From NCBI GenBank assembly GCA_903881565.1, contig CAIRTR010000126.1, positions 15,385-79,384 on the forward strand: a DNA stretch of 64,000 nucleotides, in the 5' to 3' direction. Below the pieces are notes generated by a model. The model searched no databases. It saw only the letters and a program-made list of their open reading frames with translations, and had not been told where the DNA came from. The DNA is from Oligoflexia bacterium (GTDB taxonomy: Bacteria; Bdellovibrionota; UBA1018). Below, piece after piece: positions 28,600 to 37,481 of this stretch. Position numbers and translations under genes: made by a program. The stretch's first letter is position 1. Each line of letters begins with the position of its first letter.

Positions 28600-29966
28600 C
28601 TCTTGAAAATCTCCGCGACTTTGTTTCGCCTATAGGAGAAAATCCGATTGATATCTCTCCTTACAAAATACCCCAGCGCGGCTTTCCCGAGCAGCCCACC
28701 CGGAATCTGATATTCGACGTCGTCATGAACGAGCGTTCCCCCGGGAACTTCTTCAAAACGATGCGTGTGGTGCCACTTTGAGTAAGGGCCCTTGAGCTGC
28801 GTATCCATGAATTCGTGCCCGGGGGCCCATCTTTCGATGCGAGAGCGCCAATGCAGGGGCAATCCATGAATGCGCAGCCGGTAATCGATTTCAGTCTGAT
28901 CTTGGATTTGGAGCGTGGAGACTTTCAAAATATGAAAATCCAGCCAAGGCGGTGTCAGCTCCTCCAGATTCTTAGCCTCACTGAAAAACTCAAAAACCTC
29001 ACTCAAAGGTCGGGCCACAAATTGAGAAGCCGAGAACTTTTCTTCATTAGGGTTATCCACCGAGTATATCTCAGCCAATGCCGAATCGAGAGTGGGATAC
29101 AAAAATGTAAAACCGCAACCCAGAGTGCGCTCCGGCATCACCTTTTGGCTCGCCAGCAGAAGCTGTGACATTTCGCCCAGGGCTACACGAAGAATTGAAG
29201 CGGGCGTTTTCAAAATAGGAAAAAGCATCGAAGGAACCCCGATGGCGCGCGCATAGGCTTTGGTAAAATCCTTGTTCGTCACGGGCTCGGGCGAAACCAA
29301 GTTAAACGCGCCTCTTATTTCGTTTGTAAGCGCATAACTAAAGAAACGAACTTCATCCTCCAGATGAATCCAGCTCATCCATTGATGGCCAGATCCCAAA
29401 ACCACGGGCTGCATCTTCTCCAAGGCGCCCCCACCCTGCCCCAGCACCACGCCGGTCCTTAACAAAACCACGCGAACTCCCAAGCGTTCAGCTTCCAGCG
29501 TCTGGGCCTCCCACTGTGCAGTCACATCGGCTAAGAATCCATCTCCCGAGGCGCTCAGCTCTGTAAGCACCTCGTCGCCGCGATCACCGTAAAGTCCGAT
29601 GGCTGAAGCACATAGCATGGTCTTGGGACGAGTCTCTGGGCTGAGCAAAGCCAAGGCTTCAACGATCTGCCGGGTCCCCACCACGCGCGAATCCAAAATT
29701 CTTTTCTTAACCGGCTTACTCCAGCGTCGAGCGGCGATCGGCTCGCCTGCTAGATGAATGATGGCGTCAACGCCTTTGAGCATTTCACTAAGCTCATTGA
29801 TCGGGGTTTTTCCAGGTATCCAAAGATGCGCCTTGCACGGCAAGTCTTTTGCACTCGCGCTCTCGGGGTTTCGCACAAGCGCCGTGAGCTGATGCCCCTC
29901 GCGCACGAGTTCCAGAATGGCAGCTTGGCCGATAAAACCTGTGGCACCCGTGATTACGCATTTCAT
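28596..29966 (-). CDS. NAD-dependent epimerase/dehydratase of the YfcH type (TIGR01777-like) with a C-terminal SRPBCC-like extension
   Basis: 456 aa. Begins with the Rossmann motif ITGATGFIG. The C-terminal 150 aa or so, beyond the usual DUF1731 end, resemble a cyclase/dehydrase (SRPBCC) fold. This is a low-confidence domain call. Confidence 0.65.
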   Translation of the reverse strand: MKCVITGATGFIGQAAILELVREGHQLTALVRNPESASAKDLPCKAHLWIPGKTPINELSEMLKGVDAIIHLAGEPIAARRWSKPVKKRILDSRVVGTRQIVEALALLSPETRPKTMLCASAIGLYGDRGDEVLTELSASGDGFLADVTAQWEAQTLEAERLGVRVVLLRTGVVLGQGGGALEKMQPVVLGSGHQWMSWIHLEDEVRFFSYALTNEIRGAFNLVSPEPVTNKDFTKAYARAIGVPSMLFPILKTPASILRVALGEMSQLLLASQKVMPERTLGCGFTFLYPTLDSALAEIYSVDNPNEEKFSASQFVARPLSEVFEFFSEAKNLEELTPPWLDFHILKVSTLQIQDQTEIDYRLRIHGLPLHWRSRIERWAPGHEFMDTQLKGPYSKWHHTHRFEEVPGGTLVHDDVEYQIPGGLLGKAALGYFVRRDINRIFSYRRNKVAEIFKR

Positions 29967-29982
29967 AAAAACCTCCTGTTTT

Positions 29983-30035
29983 ATCTAATCATAGTCTAAC
30001 ACCTTGTCTCTTATTTGTCTAACTTCTGTCACATT
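29983..30035 (+). promoter_or_regulatory. Five tandem direct repeats with 11-bp periodicity (core TGTCT/TGTCA) in the divergent regulator/photolyase-operon intergenic region. Candidate CarH-type operator.
   Basis: tATCTaatca tAGTCTaacacc tTGTCTctta tTTGTCTaac tTCTGTCAcat. Cores fall at 29983, 29994, 30006, 30017 and 30028. The reverse complement of TGTCTA is TAGACA, which fits the T-nn-ACA half-site recalled for CarH operators. Confidence 0.45.
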
Positions 30036-30041
30036 AGAAGT

Positions 30042-30069
30042 TTGACAAAATCGACACAAATGATATGAT
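30042..30069 (+). promoter_or_regulatory. sigma70-like promoter TTGACA-16 nt-TATGAT. It would give a leaderless or near-leaderless mRNA for the carH-like gene, whose ATG is 8 nt after the -10.
   Basis: Consensus -35 at 30042-30047 and -10 at 30064-30069, read directly. The operator repeats abut the -35. Confidence 0.5.
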
Positions 30070-30077
30070 CTCAGTGC

Positions 30078-31079
30078 ATGCAAAAGCGACTCACTGCCTC
30101 TCCCCTGGCCCAGGGCCTCTCCGTCAAAGCCGTCTCCCTTTTTACAGGACTTACGGCGCATACCCTCAGGGCCTGGGAAAGAAGGTATGCACTCATTAAG
30201 CCACGGCGAACCCCAACGGGCCGCCGGATCTACACGATGGCAGATGTCGAAAAACTAAAACTCTTAGGCAGCCTCACCCAGCAAGGTCATTCCATCGGAA
30301 ATCTCGTGCAGCATTCACTCAAGGATCTCGAGAAACTCGCAAGGCAAACACAAGACGCGAGCCGCGAGCTCAACGCAGGAATCATCGCCGAGCACGCCAC
30401 TCATTCAGACACCGCCGCCTCTGTCAGCGTCATTATTGGCGCTCTACGTTCCATGAACCTTGAAGCACTGGATCGCCACATTCTCAAAGCGCGACTCTCC
30501 GCGCCCGCCCGAGTTTTTGCGCTGGAGATCATCAGCCCCCTGCTCAGCGAAGTGGGCGCGCTTGTCGCACGTCATGAACTCGACATCGCGCAAGAGCATG
30601 GACTCTCCGTGATTCTCAGAACTCACTTAGGAGAAGTCCTGGCGCAGATGCAAAGAACCACACAAGGCGAGAATCTCGAATCCAAATCGCTTCCCAGGTT
30701 TTTGTTCTCAACGCCCGAAGGTGACCTTCATGAATTTGGAATCCTCTTAGCCGCGATCCTCGCAGGCAGCCGAGGATTAAGCTTCAGCTACTTAGGCCCC
30801 AATATGCCTGCCGAAAACCTGGCAAAAGCTGCGGCAACGACCGGGGCAAAGATTATCGTCCTAGGCTCTGTTCCTGCTGATGACCGCAGACTTGCCATGC
30901 CCCTTCGAAAATATATCGAAGTCCTCTCCCAAAGTCTCTCGAAGGTCGCTTATGGCACTTCAATTTGGATCGGGGGATCCTGCAGCTTTGATCTCCAAAA
31001 GGAAAAATTAAAATGCCCCACAAAACAGCTGAAATCGCTGAGCGATTTTGACCAGGAGCTTGAAAAGCTCACCGAGTAA
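30078..31079 (+). CDS. MerR-family HTH regulator with a C-terminal cobalamin-binding domain. Candidate CarH/LitR-type B12-dependent photoreceptor.
   Basis: 333 aa. N-terminal MerR HTH (LSVKAVSLFTGLTAHTLRAWERRY). The C-terminus has the canonical B12-binding DxHxxG motif (DLHEFG) followed by SxL (SFSYL) and GG (IWIGG) motifs. Confidence 0.65.
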   Translation: MQKRLTASPLAQGLSVKAVSLFTGLTAHTLRAWERRYALIKPRRTPTGRRIYTMADVEKLKLLGSLTQQGHSIGNLVQHSLKDLEKLARQTQDASRELNAGIIAEHATHSDTAASVSVIIGALRSMNLEALDRHILKARLSAPARVFALEIISPLLSEVGALVARHELDIAQEHGLSVILRTHLGEVLAQMQRTTQGENLESKSLPRFLFSTPEGDLHEFGILLAAILAGSRGLSFSYLGPNMPAENLAKAAATTGAKIIVLGSVPADDRRLAMPLRKYIEVLSQSLSKVAYGTSIWIGGSCSFDLQKEKLKCPTKQLKSLSDFDQELEKLTE

Positions 31080-32982
31080 AATCCACGTCAAAGGTTTCCT
31101 GAAGCCGCTTGCGCACCATATAGTTCACCACAAACGCCATACACGTCGGAGTAAAAGCCTTGATCCCGGCAACGGCCTCGCCCTCTTGCCCGGTCCGAAT
31201 GGCGCGAGCGACCGCAGAAGAATCCGCGATTGTGATCACTTTAGGGACCATTCCAGCCTTCTTACTCTCCGTCATGCGTTTGAAAAACAAATCCATGCGA
31301 TCCCTGATGAGGCCAAACTCTTTTGTCGTAACAGCGATATTCGGATCTGATTCGGTATTCTGCGCATGAGATCCATGAGGACCATATTCACGATCATGGC
31401 TCTTGGAGCGCTCCCAGGAGATCGGCTCCACCAATCCCCCATGTCCCTCTGAAACAAAGACATCAAGATCAATATCCAGGAGATACCCCTTCTTCTTGTC
31501 TTGCGCAGGAAAATAGTCCGCAAGCGGAGCGGGAGGAGTTGATTTCTGCCTCACTTCAAACATCTGCTCACCGCTGGAGTTCTTAAATGTTTCCACCCGC
31601 TCCTCATTGTTGCAATCCACGATCTGAAAGCGCGAGGGCGCTAGAACCTTCACCGTTCCCGCCTGAAGTTCATCCGGCGTAAATGTAGGAATATTCCAAT
31701 CCCCCTGTGGTGCGTCTTTTGCGGCCATTTCAAACCCCAACTCTTCGCTCCCTTTTGTTCCGCGCTCAATAAAATTAAAAGCAAGTGCGGCAGGCTTGCT
31801 CGTCCCATCTGCCTGCTTCACATACTGAGTTCGAGGCAACTCCTTGGACCAGGGGGGCATGCACATGATAAAATCACCACTCGAAACTCCGGTAGCCTGG
31901 GACGCCGCAAGGGGTTGGGCAATGTGATGTACCGACTTTCGAATCTGCATTTCGAGTTCCGCTCGAATCTGCAATTCGGGTTGGGCGGCAATACGAGCCA
32001 CGAGACTTTGTCTTTCAGGAGCCGTCAAGACCGCGCTCGCATTGATTTTCTCAACGAGAAACCGAGACAACTCCCCTTCGGACTTAAGCAGCGCCTGATG
32101 TGTCTCCTTGAAATCCAGCACATGAGAAGACCAATGCCCATGCGTGTGGGTATGGACGTCCCCCATATCCGTATGAGTGTCTGCATGAAAAACCGTAAGT
32201 CCTTCGGCCGGTACGTTGCCCTTTTGCTGCTCCTTCGCCCAGTAGTAGTAAGATGCATTGTGATCATTCACGTTATAGACCGGAATCTTTTTTGACGAGG
32301 CACTCAGATTAGCGCGATTTTCGCCATCGTAGAACGACGACCACACCGAATAGGCGTTCCGCAAGACCGCACAGTCTTCGTCCGTGAGATTGGGCTTTTT
32401 CCAATAGTGATCAAACAGATCTTCGAAAAAACCGGCGAACGTTCCTTTTATTCGCGAGTTACGAAGTGGCGACGAGGTCGAAAGGCACTGTGTGACTTTT
32501 TCAAGCCCCCGAAGAAGGGCTTGGTTTTTTGCATCTTTTGCCAGATCGCGGGTCGCCACGGCCAGGTCCAGCTTAAAAACACAGAACTCGGAGTCGCGCG
32601 CGGATCCAAAATATTTGTCGTAGACGCCCTGTAGTTGCTGTTTAATCTCGAGGAAATCTTTTTGATCTTTTACCGCCGTCTCAGAAACCAGCTGCTCCTG
32701 CTGGCTTTTCAAATATTTAAGAGTGTGCTTGGCATTTTCCATGCGATCTTTATGAGCTTCAATCACTTTGGGATCTTCTAGGCAGGGAATTCTAGCCCCG
32801 TGCACGCTTTCGAAACTCTTAAGCTCACTTGCGATGGTGTCGCGATACGCCCGAGAATTGAAGACGGAGATTTCGCGAGCGTTTGGATCATAACCCAGGG
32901 GCTCTGAGGCCAAGGAAAAAGACTCGCTGGCTACGAGCGAAAATGTCGAAAGTGTGATGACAAGCGGTGCGACAAATCTCAT
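31069..32982 (-). CDS. secreted hypothetical protein, possibly arginase/deacetylase-fold (UPF0489-like)
   Basis: 637 aa with a signal peptide. Has a His-rich cluster FHADTHTDMGDVHTHTHGH and a later DIDLDVF, resembling arginase-fold metal-site motifs (DAHxD, SxDxDxxDP). Weak assignment. Confidence 0.4.
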   Translation of the reverse strand: MRFVAPLVITLSTFSLVASESFSLASEPLGYDPNAREISVFNSRAYRDTIASELKSFESVHGARIPCLEDPKVIEAHKDRMENAKHTLKYLKSQQEQLVSETAVKDQKDFLEIKQQLQGVYDKYFGSARDSEFCVFKLDLAVATRDLAKDAKNQALLRGLEKVTQCLSTSSPLRNSRIKGTFAGFFEDLFDHYWKKPNLTDEDCAVLRNAYSVWSSFYDGENRANLSASSKKIPVYNVNDHNASYYYWAKEQQKGNVPAEGLTVFHADTHTDMGDVHTHTHGHWSSHVLDFKETHQALLKSEGELSRFLVEKINASAVLTAPERQSLVARIAAQPELQIRAELEMQIRKSVHHIAQPLAASQATGVSSGDFIMCMPPWSKELPRTQYVKQADGTSKPAALAFNFIERGTKGSEELGFEMAAKDAPQGDWNIPTFTPDELQAGTVKVLAPSRFQIVDCNNEERVETFKNSSGEQMFEVRQKSTPPAPLADYFPAQDKKKGYLLDIDLDVFVSEGHGGLVEPISWERSKSHDREYGPHGSHAQNTESDPNIAVTTKEFGLIRDRMDLFFKRMTESKKAGMVPKVITIADSSAVARAIRTGQEGEAVAGIKAFTPTCMAFVVNYMVRKRLQETFDVDFTR

Positions 32983-33141
32983 GCGCGAGGGCTCCCTTTA
33001 ATAAGGATAACACAGCTCGTGCGCCGTGAGCAGATTCCCAACTCGTCGCGCGACAGGAGTGGTTGCGCTATTCGCAACACATCGAAATTAATAGGAATTT
33101 AAACACACCATCTGAACAACCACATCGATCAGGCCCGCCCC

Positions 33142-33528
33142 TCACTCCAGCAGCTCAATCTCATACCCATCCGGGTCATCGACAAAAGCCATCGCGCCCT
33201 TTTTGCTCGGCGTGAGACCCGGACCCCAGCTCAAATCATAGCCATGGGCTTTGAGGCGCTCACGTACTTTTTCAACAGACTCCACTCGATAAGCCATGTG
33301 GCCATAGCCATCGCCACGCACATATTCAGTCACGCCCCAATTGTGGGTCAGTTCCAGAAGCGCCGAATCATCGCCCCCACCCTCCGGTGACGCGCTCAAA
33401 AAAACGAGGGTAAACTTCTCTTCTGGAAAATCATTGCGCTTAACCACCCGAAAACCCAAGCCTTGAGTATAGAAGTGCAGTGACTTCTCAAGGTCTGTAA
33501 CTCGAATCATCGTATGGAGATATTGCAT
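33142..33528 (-). CDS. gloA: lactoylglutathione lyase (glyoxalase I, VOC family)
   Basis: 128 aa. N-terminal HTMIRVTDLEKSLHFYT and C-terminal GYEIELLE. Confidence 0.8.
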   Translation of the reverse strand: MQYLHTMIRVTDLEKSLHFYTQGLGFRVVKRNDFPEEKFTLVFLSASPEGGGDDSALLELTHNWGVTEYVRGDGYGHMAYRVESVEKVRERLKAHGYDLSWGPGLTPSKKGAMAFVDDPDGYEIELLE

Positions 33529-33551
33529 GAGGGCACCGCCAGACTTAAAGA

Positions 33552-34391
33552 CTAGAAGCCGTCCCCGTCATCATCAAAGTCGCGCTTAATCGAATCAATC
33601 AGCGAATCCACGGACTCGCCCTCGACGTCAAAGTCTTCTGCGTTTTCATCCAGATCAAGATCGTGAATGACTTTGGAAAACTCTTTTTCCGAGGCCAAAT
33701 CTCCACGAATCGCTTCGATATAACGATCCGGATATTTTGCGACAAGCTCTTCGATATACTGATTGAGTTTGCCTTCTTTTAGAATCAGTTCTTTACGCTT
33801 AATCTTTTTCCAATTCTTGATGTAATGAAGTCGGCAATATCCGTGCGTGGTCGCCAATCCTTCACAAGCCACTTCACGGCAAACACTCTCGTCAGACGCG
33901 TAATCTGCGCCAGATCTTTTGCCCGTCTTAAAGCCTAATGCGCTTTTCCCTTTTCCCTTGGCTTGAACCCTCAAAAGGGGCGCAGCTGGCAAAACAGGAG
34001 CAACCACAACGGCCTTTTTGGTCGGTTTTTCTGAAGCTTTAACTTTTTCGACAACCGCGGCCTTCGGAGTAGGCACTGCCTTACCTGTCGCAAGTTTAGC
34101 AATCTTTGCATCTGCTTTTGGCGCTTTTGGCGCCTTCGCAACTTCTTTAATCGGCTTGGCCGGTTTTTTCTTTCCACCGAAAAGTGCGTCTTTGATCGAA
34201 CTTAAAGTGGAGGGCTTTTCTTTAACCTTCGAGACTTTCGGGGCCTTTGCGGCTTTAGCGGCCTTCACGGGCAACGCTTTTTTAGCGGGAGCACTCTTGT
34301 GTTGAGCGCCCTTCTTGAGGGGCTTTGCAGCCTTGGCTCCCATATGAGCTGTTTTTTTCTTTTGAGTCGCACCTTTTTTCGAAGCCGGCAT
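33552..34391 (-). CDS. histone-H1-like lysine/alanine/proline-rich basic protein with a Cys-containing motif and an acidic C-terminal tail
   Basis: 279 aa. The N-terminal 170 aa or so is low-complexity K/A/P-rich (AKKALPVKAAKAAKAPKV...), like the eukaryotic H1 tail or the Hc1/AlgP proteins. This is followed by C-x4-C-x9-C-x2-H (CREVACEGLATTHGYCRLH) and a DE-rich tail. Confidence 0.5.
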   Translation of the reverse strand: MPASKKGATQKKKTAHMGAKAAKPLKKGAQHKSAPAKKALPVKAAKAAKAPKVSKVKEKPSTLSSIKDALFGGKKKPAKPIKEVAKAPKAPKADAKIAKLATGKAVPTPKAAVVEKVKASEKPTKKAVVVAPVLPAAPLLRVQAKGKGKSALGFKTGKRSGADYASDESVCREVACEGLATTHGYCRLHYIKNWKKIKRKELILKEGKLNQYIEELVAKYPDRYIEAIRGDLASEKEFSKVIHDLDLDENAEDFDVEGESVDSLIDSIKRDFDDDGDGF

Positions 34392-34426
34392 TCCTTAGTC
34401 TCCCATCTTTGTGGTACCTTAGGTAG

Positions 34427-35515
34427 GTGCCACACCGCAAAAACGACGTCAACATCAAACATCACTCACCAGGCTTTGTCGACCTTCACTTTCACGGCGG
34501 CTTTGGCGTGGATTTGATGCGCGCCGATGAGGATGACCTGAACCGCCTGGCCCAGCACCTCGCAAAAGCGGGCGTTTCTGGGTTCTGCCTCTCCACCCTT
34601 TCGGAGCATCCCAAACAACTCCTCGAAGCCGTGACCCGCCTAGGCCGCTGGACAAGCGAAGTGCACGAACAGCGCAAACTCCCATCTGCCCTCCCCTTAG
34701 GAATCCACCTTGAAGGCCCATTTTTAAGCCCCTCTTTTGCTGGCGCCCATCCTGGAAAAACGATCAGGCGCGCTACCTTGAACGAACTCGAAGCCCTCCG
34801 AATCGCATCGTTGGGGATGATCCGCATGATCACGCTTGCGCCTGAGGAGATTCCTCCAAAGCTCCTCACGCCCCTTTGCCGCTGGGCACTCAAACACAAG
34901 ATCAAGCTGTTTGCGGGCCACACAGCTGCAACAACTGAACAAGCGCACCACGCATTTGAAGCGGGGTTTTCGGGGGTCACACACGCTTGGAACGCCATGA
35001 AGTTTCATCACCGCTCGCCTGGGCTCATGGGCGCCGCCCTGGGAAACGAGGCCGTTTACCTCGAGCTGATCGCCGATCAGATTCACGTTTCCAAAGAGAC
35101 CTTGGCTTGGAGCCTAGCCCTGCACCCCAAACACCTGAGTTACTTTGTTTCGGATGCGGCCCCTTGCGCAAATCACCGCCAAAGCTGTTCATTTGATACC
35201 CTCCAAGTGGCAAACACAAAAAACCAGGGAGGGGGATTTTCCGCCCGGATTAGCGACGGCCCCCTCAAAGGGACTTTGGCCGGCGGGGGCGAACTCCTCC
35301 CCCAGAGTTTCCTACGCTGGGTGCAGGCTTGCTCGCCTGGGTCGGCTCAGGAAAATATGAAATTCCTTAGGAATTTTCTCCCCCAGGTTACCCAAAACCC
35401 CCTGCGCGCCCTGACTCTCCCGCCTCGGAGCCTCAAGCACTGCCTCAAGAAAAGACTCGAGTGGCAGATTTTTTCGAAAGGGAAACTAGCCTTTTTCGTT
35501 GACTCACCGAGGTAA
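34427..35515 (+). CDS. amidohydrolase-superfamily enzyme, N-acetylglucosamine-6-phosphate deacetylase-like
   Basis: 362 aa. N-terminal metal-binding motif GFVDLHFHGGFGVDLM, as in NagA. Confidence 0.6.
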   Translation: MPHRKNDVNIKHHSPGFVDLHFHGGFGVDLMRADEDDLNRLAQHLAKAGVSGFCLSTLSEHPKQLLEAVTRLGRWTSEVHEQRKLPSALPLGIHLEGPFLSPSFAGAHPGKTIRRATLNELEALRIASLGMIRMITLAPEEIPPKLLTPLCRWALKHKIKLFAGHTAATTEQAHHAFEAGFSGVTHAWNAMKFHHRSPGLMGAALGNEAVYLELIADQIHVSKETLAWSLALHPKHLSYFVSDAAPCANHRQSCSFDTLQVANTKNQGGGFSARISDGPLKGTLAGGGELLPQSFLRWVQACSPGSAQENMKFLRNFLPQVTQNPLRALTLPPRSLKHCLKKRLEWQIFSKGKLAFFVDSPR

Positions 35516-35542
35516 GGCCGTTAAGGTCGCCGGACTGAACTT

Positions 35543-36217
35543 ATGAAAGTATTTTTACGCGAAATCAATGAAAACGGAACCGACCTCCACTTCACCCACG
35601 AAGAACCTTGGGTATTGGAGTCCATTAAGCGTGTCGATGAAACATCGCACGACGACGCATCCGCCCTTGATCTCTCTTCTTTGCGCTCAAATTTGCACGC
35701 AAATGCCGCTCATATTGACAAGAATCTTGGCAGCCGTGAAGCGCGCGTCTCTTTCAATATTCGCATGGTCGATGAAGTCGTCTTGGCCAATGGAAAACTC
35801 TCAACGCACTTGAACCTTTTATGCAGTCGTTGTGGCTCCCCGTTTGAGTTTGGTTGCGATGCTACAATTTCGGCGCTTTTTTGCAAAGACCCCGTCATGG
35901 CGGGTGTGGGCTACTTGAATCAAAGTGGCAAACCCTCCGGGCAAATTCAGGGTTTTGCACGCCACGCTCACGATATGGCCGCCGGCGAGCCGGGCCAGGA
36001 TCTCGACATTACTTATATTACCCAAGATTTTATTGATTTAGGGGAACTACTCACCGAGCAAGTTCAACTCCAAGTCCCCTTTCAGCCCCTTTGTACCGAG
36101 GAGTGCAAAGGCCTGTGCGTCACCTGTGGAACTGATCTGAATTCAGGTCGATGCGGATGCGCGAAAATTCAAAAGTCCTCACCATTCACAGCTTTAAAGG
36201 ATTTAAAGCTTTCTTAA
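35543..36217 (+). CDS. yceD: YceD/DUF177 family protein (large-subunit ribosomal assembly-associated, precedes rpmF)
   Basis: 224 aa. C-terminal Cys pairs (CTEECKGLCVTCGTDLNSGRCGC) and conserved synteny directly upstream of rpmF. Confidence 0.8.
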   Translation: MKVFLREINENGTDLHFTHEEPWVLESIKRVDETSHDDASALDLSSLRSNLHANAAHIDKNLGSREARVSFNIRMVDEVVLANGKLSTHLNLLCSRCGSPFEFGCDATISALFCKDPVMAGVGYLNQSGKPSGQIQGFARHAHDMAAGEPGQDLDITYITQDFIDLGELLTEQVQLQVPFQPLCTEECKGLCVTCGTDLNSGRCGCAKIQKSSPFTALKDLKLS

Positions 36218-36241
36218 GAACAGTTCACAAGGAGAATTTCA

Positions 36242-36445
36242 ATGGCAACCCCGAAGAAAAAAGTATCTCGCAGTCGCAGAAACATGCGTCGTTTCGCCGC
36301 GGGCAATCAACTCGATAAGCCGACGACGACAACCTGCCCAGCCTGCAGTGAACCGACTCGTCCTCATCGCATCTGCAATTGTGGCTTTTATGCCGGGAAA
36401 GCCGTATTGCCCGCTCGCCACGTGGAGGAGCCGGCTCAAAAATAA
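36242..36445 (+). CDS. rpmF: 50S ribosomal protein L32
   Basis: 67 aa. MATPKKKVSRSRRNMRR... with the C-terminal CxxC...C pattern typical of L32. Confidence 0.85.
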   Translation: MATPKKKVSRSRRNMRRFAAGNQLDKPTTTTCPACSEPTRPHRICNCGFYAGKAVLPARHVEEPAQK

Positions 36446-37465
36446 ATGGGCTCCGCTCGTTTTGCTTCGCGAATTTCAGGGATCGGATCTCACTTTCCCT
36501 CGCGCAAAGTCACCAACCTAGACCTTGCTCAAATGTATCCCTCATTGGAAACCTCCGATGAGTGGATTCGCGAACGTACGGGAATTTCCGAGCGCCGGAT
36601 CGCTGTGCCCGGAAAGCTTGAGGACCGAAACTCCTCACTCGCCTGCCAAGCTGCACTCCGAGCGCTGGAAATGGCTGGAAAAAAGGCCTCAGACCTTGAT
36701 CAAATCCTCGTCGCCACCTGCACGCCCGACACCCTGATCCCCTCTACTGCGTGTTGGCTCCAACAAAAACTGGGTGCGACCCGTGCGTGGACGATGGATA
36801 TTAATGCCGCCTGCAGCGGCTTTGTTTACGCGCTAGCGACGGCCGATCAATTCATTCAAAACGGCCAAATCAAAACTTCGCTCGTGGTAGGCTCCGACGT
36901 CTTGAGTGCATTCACGAACTGGGATGACCGATCTTCGTGCATTCTTTTTGGTGACGGAGCAGGCGCGGTGATTGTCGAGCAAACGGCGGCGGATTCGCCT
37001 CAGAGACTCCTTTCGCATCACCTGCACTCCGATGGCTCGCTTTGGGATCTGTTTCACATCGAAGCGGGGGGCTCAAATCTCCCGGGCAACCCGGATGTGT
37101 ACGCGGGCAAGCTTGATAAGATGCAAATGAAGGGGCGCGAAATTTTCAAATCCGCAGTGCGAACGCTGGCAGACTACGCGGTGATGGCTCTTGAAGAAAA
37201 CGGATTGAGCGTTTCAGATCTGGATTGGTTTGTGCCTCATCAAGCTAATTTGCGCATCATTGAAGCCGTGGCAAAACGCCTGGGTTTTCCAATGTCCAAA
37301 GTACTCTTGAACATTGATCGCTTCGGCAACACTTCGTCCGCAACCATTCCCACTGCCTTGGATGAAGCCGTTCGTGATCACCGCGTAAAACCGGGACAAC
37401 TGGTTCTGCTCGATGCCTTTGGCGCGGGCTTGACCACAGGCTCATTGCTCTTGCGATGGGGATAG
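36446..37465 (+). CDS. fabH: 3-oxoacyl-ACP synthase III
   Basis: 339 aa. Active-site Cys motif NAACSGF, with conserved His/Asn regions near the C-terminus. Confidence 0.9.
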   Translation: MGSARFASRISGIGSHFPSRKVTNLDLAQMYPSLETSDEWIRERTGISERRIAVPGKLEDRNSSLACQAALRALEMAGKKASDLDQILVATCTPDTLIPSTACWLQQKLGATRAWTMDINAACSGFVYALATADQFIQNGQIKTSLVVGSDVLSAFTNWDDRSSCILFGDGAGAVIVEQTAADSPQRLLSHHLHSDGSLWDLFHIEAGGSNLPGNPDVYAGKLDKMQMKGREIFKSAVRTLADYAVMALEENGLSVSDLDWFVPHQANLRIIEAVAKRLGFPMSKVLLNIDRFGNTSSATIPTALDEAVRDHRVKPGQLVLLDAFGAGLTTGSLLLRWG

Positions 37466-37481
37466 GAACTGGAGCACTCAT

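Noticed and set aside
31048-31350. 100-aa plus-strand ORF overlapping the 3' end of the carH-like gene and the 637-aa secreted protein gene
   Set aside because: Fully embedded antisense to a longer ORF, with no RBS or motif.
33971-34517. Multiple short ORFs on both strands within the H1-like gene
   Set aside because: They are artefacts of the low-complexity K/A/P codon repeats, which keep every frame open.
34455-35360. 88-168 aa minus- and plus-strand ORFs inside the nagA-like gene
   Set aside because: Antisense or overlapping an ORF that carries an amidohydrolase metal motif. Arg-rich GC-frame artefacts.
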